Shown here one piece after another: positions 47,921 through 55,244 of a stretch of 64,000 nt of DNA. Below the pieces are notes generated by a model that saw nothing but the letters and a program-made list of their open reading frames with translations, had not been told where the DNA came from and searched no databases. The position numbers and the translations under genes were made by a program. Position 1 is the stretch's first letter, and every line of letters starts with the position of its first letter. Source of the stretch: a virus; the IMG/VR virus record IMGVR_UViG_3300044970_001297, positions 1 to 64,000 of that record; one strand, 5' to 3'.

Positions 47921-48208
47921 TCAGGAGGTGACGGTTGCAAGTTCGCGAAGCATGTCGGCAATCTGCTGCCAGTTGATCGTCGGGTCATCGACCTTGACTC
48001 CATCGGGAGTCTCTTGCTTGCGGTAGTGGTCATCGAACGCGATGCTGACGAACGCCTTTGCCCATGCCGCAGTAGGAAGATTACCACGGGCATGGAGCCT
48101 GTCAACAGCCTTCACGGAAGTCTTGTAAAGATTCTCGTCGTTCGAAAGCCAGAGCGAAATGTTCCATGTGCTGTGGTTCGACCAACCATTGTAAGTTTCA
48201 GAACTCAT
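47921..48208 (-). CDS. conserved phage hypothetical protein
   Basis: '[22 protein letters not shown]...ETPDGV..INW'. Confidence 0.65.
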   Translation of the reverse strand: MSSETYNGWSNHSTWNISLWLSNDENLYKTSVKAVDRLHARGNLPTAAWAKAFVSIAFDDHYRKQETPDGVKVDDPTINWQQIADMLRELATVTS

Positions 48209-48228
48209 TGTGTGTTTCCCTCTGTGTT

Positions 48229-48519
48229 TCAGGAGTTGGTGTTCTCGTTGCTGCCGTTGCCGTCCTGTTCCGTCGTGTTCTGCGGAGCGACGGGTGCGGG
48301 TGACGGAATCGGGTTGTTGTTCCACACGATGCCACCGACCGCACGACCGCGCTTGAGCGTGATGCGGGTTCCATAGCGCGAGAGCATCAGGCGACGGATG
48401 GTGGACGCGGAAACGCCAGTCAACTTGCCAAGGGTCTTGAAGTTCGTCTTGCCGTTGTTGAGGGTGTTCTCGACGGTGTTCCAATCAATGATGTTCGGGT
48501 TGATGGGCTTACGAGCCAT
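48229..48519 (-). CDS. putative HTH DNA-binding protein
   Basis: '[19 protein letters not shown]'. Confidence 0.6.
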   Translation of the reverse strand: MARKPINPNIIDWNTVENTLNNGKTNFKTLGKLTGVSASTIRRLMLSRYGTRITLKRGRAVGGIVWNNNPIPSPAPVAPQNTTEQDGNGSNENTNS

Positions 48520-48598
48520 TGTGAGTTTCTCCTGCTGAAGTTTGAAATTTGAAAAACAGAAAACGAATTTTGAGTTTGCGGTCGCTTACAAGTTCAGT

Positions 48599-48973
48599 TC
48601 ATGCGAGATCTCCGTACTGAACTCCCGTCTGCGGATCGCTGTCTGAGGGAGTGTTGCAGCACGATGCACTGCGTCGAGCCTGTGCTGCGATTCGGACATT
48701 CTGTCGTTCGATCACGCGCTGAAGAGCCGCGTTCCGCTCGCTGAGATTGCGAACTTCTTCCTGAAGATCACGGATCTTCTTCTCGTCGCCCTCACACGCC
48801 TCGACTTCGTTCTTCCACCCAGTTGCCTTGCGAACCGCATCGGCGGCAACACGCTCAAGACGCGCATTGTCCTCGCGCAGTTGAATGATGATCTTCTCGC
48901 GGTTCTGAATCGTCTCCGCGAGGGACTCGACCACGGTGCCGCACACATCGCTGAAAGAGGGAATGTTGCTCAT
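48599..48973 (-). CDS. coiled-coil hypothetical protein
   Basis: Heptad-rich; SD GGAG. Confidence 0.55.
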   Translation of the reverse strand: MSNIPSFSDVCGTVVESLAETIQNREKIIIQLREDNARLERVAADAVRKATGWKNEVEACEGDEKKIRDLQEEVRNLSERNAALQRVIERQNVRIAAQARRSASCCNTPSDSDPQTGVQYGDLA

Positions 48974-49042
48974 GATGAAAACTCCGAATGTGAAATTTAG
49001 AACTGCGAAATGGGCGGTCGCATCGCCCACCGATGGCGTAGG

Positions 49043-50314
49043 TCAGAACGGGACAGTCTGATCCGACTTCTCGTCCGACTTCGCGCCCTTCTGCGCGTCG
49101 GTCGAGGTGTCCGCGATCTTGTTGTAGAACGAGTAGAACGACTCGCGGGTGTTCTCATCGAACCGCGCAAGCGCGAGGTTCATCGCCGTCTTGAGATCAC
49201 CGAAGATCACATAGCCTTCGGCAATCGCGACGAGACGGCGAGTCGAGACGAGATCCTCGACCGCACCCGCCTCATACGCCTTGCGGACGGAGTCCGACCA
49301 ACGCGAGAGGTTCTCCGACAGAGTGGTAGCGACCGCAGCATCGACACCAAGCGCGTCGAACGCCTTGCTGAGGATCGCGATTTCCGTCGCGACGGGCGGG
49401 TACGGCTGATCGACGGTGATCTTGAACCGCTCAAGCAGGGCCTCGTTCTGCACACGGGTGCCGACGAAGCGACCATCGTCGCTACCCTTGCCCTTGGTGT
49501 TCGCGGTCGCGAACACGGTGAAGCCGCGCTCGGGCTTGATGAAGCGACCGACCTTCTTGAGGAAGACGCCCTTGCCCTCAAGCACGGGCTGAAGGCACAT
49601 CGTCTTGAACGACCCAAGGTCGAGTTCGTCAAGCAGGAGAACCGCACCGCGCTTCATGGCTTCGACCACGGGACCATCGACCCACACGGTGTTGCCGTTG
49701 ATGAGACGGAAACCGCCAAGGAGATCGTCCTCATCCGTCTCTTCGGTGATGTTGACGCGGAAGAACTCGCGACCCTCCTTCGCGCAAATCTGCTCGACCA
49801 TCAGGGTCTTGCCGTTGCCCGAAAGGCCGTTGATCCACGCGGGGAAGAACACCTTCGACTTGACGATGGAGCGCAGGGTCGAGAAGTGACCCCACGGCAC
49901 ATAGATCGGATTCGTCGCGGGGACGAACTTCTCGACCTCGGTGACGAGAGCCGCGACCGAAGTGGGCGCGGGTGCCGACTCGACAACCGCAGCGACCGCC
50001 TTGGCGCGGACCTGAGGTGCGACGGGCGCAGACGCAGCGCAAGCAGCGACGGCTTCGGGGATGCTGTAGAGGCCGCGACCCGCACGACGCTTCGCGTCGT
50101 TCGTGACCCACACGGGCGCACCGCTCATGCCGCACTTCTCAGCAGCAGCGAGAACCTGAGTACGAGTGTAGTTGTGTTCGCCGTCGCCGTTCCCGTAGAG
50201 CGAGACGATGGTGTCCACGAAACGACGCTGACGAGTCTGAAGGTTGCCGTACATGGTGACTCCGTTGTTGGTGTTGCGGATGGGCTTGGTGCTGTTGGTG
50301 ATCTTCATCGACAT
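49043..50314 (-). CDS. cobS: CobS/MoxR-like AAA+ ATPase
   Basis: Walker A GLSGNGKT, 'VNITEETDEDDLLGG', Walker B 'LLLDELD', 'ATANTKGKGSDDGRF.GT', 'LLERF', 'STRRL'. Confidence 0.92.
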   Translation of the reverse strand: MSMKITNSTKPIRNTNNGVTMYGNLQTRQRRFVDTIVSLYGNGDGEHNYTRTQVLAAAEKCGMSGAPVWVTNDAKRRAGRGLYSIPEAVAACAASAPVAPQVRAKAVAAVVESAPAPTSVAALVTEVEKFVPATNPIYVPWGHFSTLRSIVKSKVFFPAWINGLSGNGKTLMVEQICAKEGREFFRVNITEETDEDDLLGGFRLINGNTVWVDGPVVEAMKRGAVLLLDELDLGSFKTMCLQPVLEGKGVFLKKVGRFIKPERGFTVFATANTKGKGSDDGRFVGTRVQNEALLERFKITVDQPYPPVATEIAILSKAFDALGVDAAVATTLSENLSRWSDSVRKAYEAGAVEDLVSTRRLVAIAEGYVIFGDLKTAMNLALARFDENTRESFYSFYNKIADTSTDAQKGAKSDEKSDQTVPF

Positions 50315-50320
50315 GCCATA

Positions 50321-50349
50321 AGTATCTGATACTTTGATTCGTCTGTCTA
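50321..50349 (-). promoter_or_regulatory. sigma70-type promoter, leaderless
   Basis: TAGACA-N17-GATACT, 6 nt before the ATG. Confidence 0.55.
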
Positions 50350-50389
50350 CGGGGTCGGACGAAAATCCGCGAAAAAAGTCCAGATTTCT

Positions 50390-50416
50390 GTAAGTCTTGG
50401 TCTGGTAAGGACTTAC
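50390..50416. promoter_or_regulatory. 27 bp palindromic site GTAAGTC-N13-GACTTAC (copy 2)
   Basis: GTAAGTC TTG GTCTGGT AAG GACTTAC, about 40 bp upstream of the -35. Confidence 0.7.
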
Positions 50417-50435
50417 GGAGAAACAATCCGTGGTT

Positions 50436-50861
50436 TTAGTCGAGGTTTTCGCGCACCTTGCGCCAATAACTCAGAGTTGAGGGCTTTTTCCAACCTTTTG
50501 GACCGCCATTGTGTACGCGGGAGAGGGTTTCGAATGACCAATTCGGTGCGTAGCGAGTCCAGTACGCGATGACGATCTTCCTCGCGTAGGCTTCGTTCTT
50601 GCAGTCTGAGTACTTGCCACCGATGGAAGTATCGAAATCAACCGCGTCCTTCCAATACGAATAGTGAATTTGCAGAGGACCGATTGCCTTGCCGCCGTCA
50701 CCGACAGCGTTTGCGGGATCCTTCGATCCGCCCGTCTCAACTTTCTGAACCGCGTCGAGGATGTTGTCGAAGTCGAAGTTTGCGGGAGGAGGAACCGCGA
50801 CTGCCGATGCGGTCACGATGAAGGCGAGGATGGTGGGGAGAGTGAAGTTCGTATTCTTCAT
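50436..50861 (-). CDS. secreted lysozyme-fold protein (i-type/destabilase-like)
   Basis: Signal peptide; 'VETGG...GDGGKAIGPLQIH..YWKDA', 'RVHNGGPKGW'. Confidence 0.75.
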   Translation of the reverse strand: MKNTNFTLPTILAFIVTASAVAVPPPANFDFDNILDAVQKVETGGSKDPANAVGDGGKAIGPLQIHYSYWKDAVDFDTSIGGKYSDCKNEAYARKIVIAYWTRYAPNWSFETLSRVHNGGPKGWKKPSTLSYWRKVRENLD

Positions 50862-50872
50862 TGTGAGTTTCC

Positions 50873-51184
50873 TCAGAGGTTGATGCCGCTCTTGCGAAGA
50901 TCAGCGATGATGGAGTCCGCGACATCCGAAATGCTGTCCTCCTCCTGCTTGGTCACGATGTCGATTCCCTTCTTGATGAACTCGGTGCCTTCGTCCTTGA
51001 GGATCTCGCCGTCGCGGATGGTCGAGTAGACGCGGCACTCAGCGATCAGGAGCGCGAGCAGCGATGCCGTCGAGGGGTCGATGCTCTGTCCCTTCGTGAC
51101 ATACGACACGATGGTCTTGCCGATCAGGTCGATGTTGGTGATGTTCTGCTGCGCGGTGATGATGTCGTTGTTCTTGTCGTTCAT
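50873..51184 (-). CDS. hypothetical protein
   Basis: Shared start motif. Confidence 0.6.
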   Translation of the reverse strand: MNDKNNDIITAQQNITNIDLIGKTIVSYVTKGQSIDPSTASLLALLIAECRVYSTIRDGEILKDEGTEFIKKGIDIVTKQEEDSISDVADSIIADLRKSGINL

Positions 51185-51201
51185 TGTGTGTTTCCTTTGT
51201 C

Positions 51202-51516
51202 TCAGGACATGTCGGTCGAACGGAACAGATTGTTGTTGGCGTTGGCTTCGCGCTCCTCGCGGAGTCGAGCAATCTCCTTCCGAAGCGAATCATTGTCCGC
51301 TTCGACTCCTTCTGCCCATGCGGTGAGGTCATTCACCGCTTCACGAAGATCGCGAATCTCCTGTGCTGCCTCACAGAGATCAGTGTTCGTGAGGATGTGT
51401 AGTGGAGGCTTGGTCAGAAGCCTATCAACGATGTCTCGCTTCGTTCCGCCATTCGCAGCGAGTTCGTGGAAGAGCATATGCGAAGCGGTCTTGGGCGTGT
51501 TGTTCTCGTTGTTCAT
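51202..51516 (-). CDS. hypothetical coiled-coil protein
   Basis: 'DIVDRL....EAAQEIRDLR'; shared start motif. Confidence 0.6.
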   Translation of the reverse strand: MNNENNTPKTASHMLFHELAANGGTKRDIVDRLLTKPPLHILTNTDLCEAAQEIRDLREAVNDLTAWAEGVEADNDSLRKEIARLREEREANANNNLFRSTDMS

Positions 51517-51537
51517 TGTGTGTTTCTCCTTGTTTGT

Positions 51538-51852
51538 TCAGAGAGTCGAATCGCAGTTGTCGCAGATCTCGACCGCACGGTCGAAGCATCCGCACGACTT
51601 GTAGTAGGTCGCGTTGTCGAGGTGCGTGAGCGGCACCATCATTGCCATCGAATTCTTGAACTTGCCATCGGAGTACAACTTGCCGACCTTCGCACGGAGT
51701 TCGCGAATCCGCGCCTCTGCCTGTTCGCGGGTGTGGTTCTGCGGTCCAGGCTTGTCGAAGATCAGCGACGGCTCTGCGGTCTTCGTCACCTTGACGGAAA
51801 CCTTGGTGCGGACGGGCTTCGCGGACTTCTTTGCAGTCTTGGTCTTGCTCAT
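51538..51852 (-). CDS. hypothetical basic protein with C-terminal Cys cluster
   Basis: SD AGGAG; 'CGC...CDNC'. Confidence 0.55.
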   Translation of the reverse strand: MSKTKTAKKSAKPVRTKVSVKVTKTAEPSLIFDKPGPQNHTREQAEARIRELRAKVGKLYSDGKFKNSMAMMVPLTHLDNATYYKSCGCFDRAVEICDNCDSTL

Positions 51853-51871
51853 GATGAAAACTCCTAGTTGT

Positions 51872-52243
51872 TCAGTGCTTGCGAACGATCTTGCCAGAGA
51901 GTTGCCGATCCCTGCGATTGGAACGATAGTCATGCCGTCCCTCGGAGTCGCCCCAACTACTAGAACGCACAGCCCCAAGGGTCATGGGTGCGAGTTCCAC
52001 CCGATCCCCGACGCGCACATCGGGAAGCCCCTCCTGCGTCTGAGACTTGCCGATGTATCCCATGAGTACCCATCCCTCATCGGTGCGAATGCGGACCCAC
52101 ATACGCCACACCTTCGGACCAGTGCCGAACGGAACGGTGGTGCCATACACCGCCTTCTTCGCGACGATCTTCCCGCTGAAGGCGTGAGGAGTCTTGAAGT
52201 ACTCCATCTTTGGCATTGGTTGGGGTGAATTGCTCTCGTTCAT
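51872..52243 (-). CDS. hypothetical (OB-fold-like) protein
   Basis: Operon ORF. Confidence 0.5.
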   Translation of the reverse strand: MNESNSPQPMPKMEYFKTPHAFSGKIVAKKAVYGTTVPFGTGPKVWRMWVRIRTDEGWVLMGYIGKSQTQEGLPDVRVGDRVELAPMTLGAVRSSSWGDSEGRHDYRSNRRDRQLSGKIVRKH

Positions 52244-52253
52244 CGTCGTGTTC

Positions 52254-52451
52254 TCAGAAAGGAAGGTCGAAGAGGTCGCCAAGGTCGAGTTCGCCGCCCT
52301 TGAGGTGTGCGCGTTCGCGGTCGCGGCGGTCGCACTCCTCATTGTAGGCATTCCACTCTTCGCGCGACTTGAACCTTTCGGGGTATTCGCGCTGCATTGC
52401 GTCGTTGGTGAGCCGTTCGAAGGCGCATGGGTTGTTGGTGTCGCTGCTCAT
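52254..52451 (-). CDS. hypothetical protein (near-leaderless)
   Basis: Promoter TTGCAT-N16-CATAGT (52460-52487), 8 nt upstream of the ATG. Confidence 0.55.
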   Translation of the reverse strand: MSSDTNNPCAFERLTNDAMQREYPERFKSREEWNAYNEECDRRDRERAHLKGGELDLGDLFDLPF

Positions 52452-52608
52452 GATGTCCCACTATGACAGAAAATCGTCCGAATGCAAGCCCCAAATGAGT
52501 CTGAGGCACGAAAAAAACGAAAAAAGGTGAAAATTGTCTCCGAATAGTTCGGAATTTTGACCGATAATGTGATTTTTGCCCCAAATTAGCATTTTCACAC
52601 TTCGAAAT

Positions 52609-52845
52609 TCACATTTTGTCATCTTTGTGGCATGGGCAAGGGTACTTCGCTTCGTCCTTGATGCCCTGCAAGACTATGAAGTTGGATGGGATGTCCTCGG
52701 GATTGCGTAATGCTCTCGCAACTCCGTTGTCGAACTCGCTCTTGGTGAGCAAAAGTTCAAACTGATAGCCTTCGGAGTTCACATGTGTGCATAGAAAGTA
52801 CTCGTCTGCCTCTCTCGCGGACTTCTTGTTGAGATTCTTTGCCAT
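52609..52845 (-). CDS. conserved hypothetical protein
   Basis: 'LLLTKSEF..G..RA..NPEDIP'; SD AGGAGG; TAAATA promoter. Confidence 0.6.
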   Translation of the reverse strand: MAKNLNKKSAREADEYFLCTHVNSEGYQFELLLTKSEFDNGVARALRNPEDIPSNFIVLQGIKDEAKYPCPCHKDDKM

Positions 52846-52880
52846 GTTTCAATCCTCCTATGACTATTTAGAGTTCTGAA

Positions 52881-52911
52881 ACAAAACAAGAGGCTTTTGC
52901 AAGCCTCTTGT
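52881..52911 (-). terminator. intrinsic terminator
   Basis: ACAAGAGGCTT-GCAA-AAGCCTCTTGT-TTTG on the minus strand. Confidence 0.75.
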
Positions 52912-52938
52912 GGTCGATTTACTCGACCTATGAATGAT

Positions 52939-53058
52939 GACACTATGATGGATTACACCATCTTTTCTTGCTTTGTCGGTCGATTGACTAGTATAGACCG
53001 TTTTACGCAAGAGCATCTCTTGTCAAGACCGCGTTTTCGTCAGAACGCCACTAGTGTC
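52939..53058 (-). ncRNA. candidate multi-stem structured RNA
   Basis: Closing helix GACACUA/UAGUGUC enclosing four hairpins; no credible ORF. Confidence 0.5.
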
Positions 53059-53061
53059 GAA

Positions 53062-53125
53062 TGGAGTCGGGGGGATTCGCACCCCCGTGCATTGGGATTG
53101 TTTGCAAAGATCAACGATGTCGAGT
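53062..53125 (-). ncRNA. tmRNA/tRNA-Ala-like 3' end (T-arm plus acceptor 3' strand) without a 5' partner
   Basis: CAC-GGGGG-UGCGAAU-CCCCC-CGACUCC-A; U70 and A73 fit the Ala identity of tmRNA. Confidence 0.45.
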
Positions 53126-53137
53126 CTATGTATCGCG

Positions 53138-53395
53138 TCACTCGACTTCGACGCGAATCTTGAAATGTCCTTCCTTGTGCGGTTCGATTCGAATCGACTT
53201 GATGACACCGAAGCCGTAGTCCGATCCAACGGTAATGAATGGACCACCTTCGGGGTCGAAATACGCAATCTCTGTGTTGTCCTCGTTCATGCCAGCCCGA
53301 CCGAAGCGAGACTCACCTTCGATTGTGAAGATGTTGTGTCCGTTGTCGGTGATGTTGCGAGGTTGTCCGTAACGAGACTTCAACTTGGTAAGCAT
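53138..53395 (-). CDS. conserved phage hypothetical protein
   Basis: 'YFDPEGGPFITVG'; SD AGGAG. Confidence 0.6.
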   Translation of the reverse strand: MLTKLKSRYGQPRNITDNGHNIFTIEGESRFGRAGMNEDNTEIAYFDPEGGPFITVGSDYGFGVIKSIRIEPHKEGHFKIRVEVE

Positions 53396-53430
53396 CTGCT
53401 TTCTCCTGCTTGAGTTCTCTCTGTCAGAAG

Positions 53431-53504
53431 CACACCTGGCTGGATTCGAACCAGCGACAAACGGATTAGAAATCCGTTACTCTATCCTGCTGAGTTACAG
53501 GTGT
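53431..53504 (-). tRNA. trnR: tRNA-Arg(UCU)
   Basis: Anticodon arm ACGGA-TTTCTAA-TCCGT; canonical D and T arms. Confidence 0.9.
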
Positions 53505-53671
53505 GTGTAAGGATTCTACTTCGGCTTCTTGGGGGAGGTCTTTCTCTTTGGCTTCTTCTTGCCAAAGATTCTATCCCAATTCTCTGCCCACTTCTTCTGG
53601 TCTACGGGGCGATACGAATCACCTTTTCCTGCGCTGTGCCGTCTGTTTTCCATGCAGTCTCTCCATAAAAA

Positions 53672-53764
53672 GGGAACGGCAGGGGGAGTTACCCCCTGCC
53701 GTCGTTCTAGTCTAGATCTAGACTTCTAGTATCGGAGCATCCGCTGACCCCGACTGCCGTTCCC
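53672..53764 (-). ncRNA. cloverleaf-like structured RNA with an alternative terminator fold
   Basis: 11 bp closing helix GGGAACGGCAG/CUGCCGUUCCC plus three hairpins, followed by a U-run. Confidence 0.55.
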
Positions 53765-53792
53765 ACGCGGACAATAATTATATTCTGTCAGT

Positions 53793-54086
53793 TCAAAGCA
53801 GGAAGCGATTGCCCTGGGCATCGAAGCCGTAGGTGCGGGTGCCGGGGTGCGTGTCGATCATGCTGTAGACCGTCTCGCCACGGCTGTTGGTGTTCGACTC
53901 CACGATCCAGTTGCCGTGCGTCTCGACGCGCTCACGGATGCTGGAGATCATCGCACGGAAGTTCTTCACGCCGAACTTGCTGTTGGCCTGAGCCGAAGTG
54001 AGCGACTTGCCCGAAGCGAGGTAGTTGATGACCTGACGGGTCTTGGTGAGCGAACGGGTCGAACGGGTCTTGGTGGCAGTAGCCAT
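53793..54086 (-). CDS. winged-HTH DNA-binding protein
   Basis: 'VINYLASGKSLTSAQANSKFGVKNFRAMISSIR'; GC-rich codons. Confidence 0.7.
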   Translation of the reverse strand: MATATKTRSTRSLTKTRQVINYLASGKSLTSAQANSKFGVKNFRAMISSIRERVETHGNWIVESNTNSRGETVYSMIDTHPGTRTYGFDAQGNRFLL

Positions 54087-54106
54087 ACTCTACACTCCTA
54101 AACATT

Positions 54107-54200
54107 GACTGCTTCACTTTGAAAGAGGAGTTCGCACCGCAGTCCCGTGCGTTCCTCAACTGTTGTGCTACAAGTATATCTCTGAATCGTCTGCTGTCAA
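54107..54200 (-). promoter_or_regulatory. sigma70 promoter plus pseudoknotted 5' leader
   Basis: TTGACA-N16-TATACT (54173-54200); leader hairpin loop GACUGC pairs with downstream GCAGUC. Confidence 0.6.
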
Positions 54201-54257
54201 TATCTGTCGAACGCGAATCGAAAAGAATCTTACTTTGCTTCTATTTGATTCTGAATC

Positions 54258-54473
54258 TTACGCGCTCTTGGCAGGAGAGAGATATTGTTCAAAATCCTCT
54301 CCGTAGATCTCGACTCGCTTTGCTGGACTCAGAGATTGAAGTTCAGCAACCTTGTCGATTCCATATTTCGCAACCCGCTCATCGGCAGTCATGCGAAACA
54401 GGTTCTTGTCAAACACATGCTTTCCTTGAAAGCAACTCTGCACCCATCGTCTAAAAAACTCACTCATCTCATG
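54258..54473 (-). CDS. hypothetical protein
   Basis: SD GGAGGT; overlaps the upstream stop. Confidence 0.5.
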   Translation of the reverse strand, partial: HEMSEFFRRWVQSCFQGKHVFDKNLFRMTADERVAKYGIDKVAELQSLSPAKRVEIYGEDFEQYLSPAKSA

Positions 54474-55002
54474 CACCTCCACCTACTATGAACTTCTTGC
54501 CCTTCAACCGCGTGTTGAAGTCGCCAACATTGGTGCTGATGCCAGCACCACCGATACGCGCTCTCTTTCCCTTCGGAACCCAATCCGACTTGCCAGTTCC
54601 GTGGAACACGCTGCCGTGCTTCTTGGAAACAGAGAGAACGGTGTCTTGACCAAACTGCTCCCCATGCTTCTTGAGATCCCTAAGAAGAGTAGCATGATCT
54701 CCTACGCTACCCCGTTTGGGTGCGGGAAGTTGACCAGAATGAACCATGAAGGTCTTCTCCTTCACCTTCTTCTTCTCTCCATTGTGGTCTTCGATGTACT
54801 CGCCCTTGACTGGAACAGGAGTGTATCCATGCTGCTTGAGGCTTGCCCTGAGTGCCTTCGTCCTCTTGTTGTTCTCAGCGGGAGAAAGATTCCCACGGCT
54901 TGCTGATATGAAACCCACCATGTGACCACCTTCGATGTGACCATGTAGACGGGAAAGGGAACGCCTTGCTGCCTCTGAAATGAACTCTCTATATGACTTC
55001 AT
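54469..55002 (-). CDS. capsid-targeted conserved protein (DUF3293-like)
   Basis: MKSYREFISE|A; 'ISASR....EN..R...L', 'GEYIE...EKTFMV', 'FGQDTVL'; perfect TATAAATA at 55026-55033. Confidence 0.65.
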   Translation of the reverse strand: MKSYREFISEAARRSLSRLHGHIEGGHMVGFISASRGNLSPAENNKRTKALRASLKQHGYTPVPVKGEYIEDHNGEKKKVKEKTFMVHSGQLPAPKRGSVGDHATLLRDLKKHGEQFGQDTVLSVSKKHGSVFHGTGKSDWVPKGKRARIGGAGISTNVGDFNTRLKGKKFIVGGGA

Positions 55003-55028
55003 GGAAAAGTCCTCCTGTATGGAGATAT

Positions 55029-55244
55029 TTATACTAGCCCGTTTTCCTCATCAAACTTAGCAATCCTGTCCATGGCGCAATTGCTGAGTTCTTTTTGAGT
55101 TTCCTTGAGTTTCCTCTGAAGTTCCATGATCTCCCCATATGCGTCCCCAATCAGAATGAGGACATCCTTGGGAAGGTCCGTGCGCTTGGTGGCAACGCGA
55201 AGGCGGTAGTCGATATGCAGATGATCGTCATCTTGCCACATCAT
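55029..55244 (-). CDS. hypothetical protein
   Basis: Coupled operon ORF. Confidence 0.5.
   Translation of the reverse strand: MMWQDDDHLHIDYRLRVATKRTDLPKDVLILIGDAYGEIMELQRKLKETQKELSNCAMDRIAKFDEENGLV

Noticed and set aside
40908-50329. Long plus-strand ORFs (40908..42536, 46864..47847, 47336..48376, 49010..50329) and 33834..35117
   Set aside because: Antisense shadows of codon-biased minus-strand genes; no SD or recognisable motifs.
53030-53048. CUGACGA..AAAC as a hammerhead ribozyme core
   Set aside because: The motif sits in a simple hairpin loop without stem II or GAAA and the three-way junction geometry.
53252-53270. GGGGTCGAAATA as the missing tmRNA 5' end
   Set aside because: It is on the opposite strand to the tmRNA-like 3' end, lies within a coding sequence and lacks complementarity to the adjoining helix.
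53431-53504. Possible amber suppressor tRNA (CUA) implying stop-codon recoding
   Set aside because: With the 5-bp stem ACGGA/TCCGT the 7-nt loop gives UCU (Arg). Conserved genes are intact under the standard code and several end in TAG.
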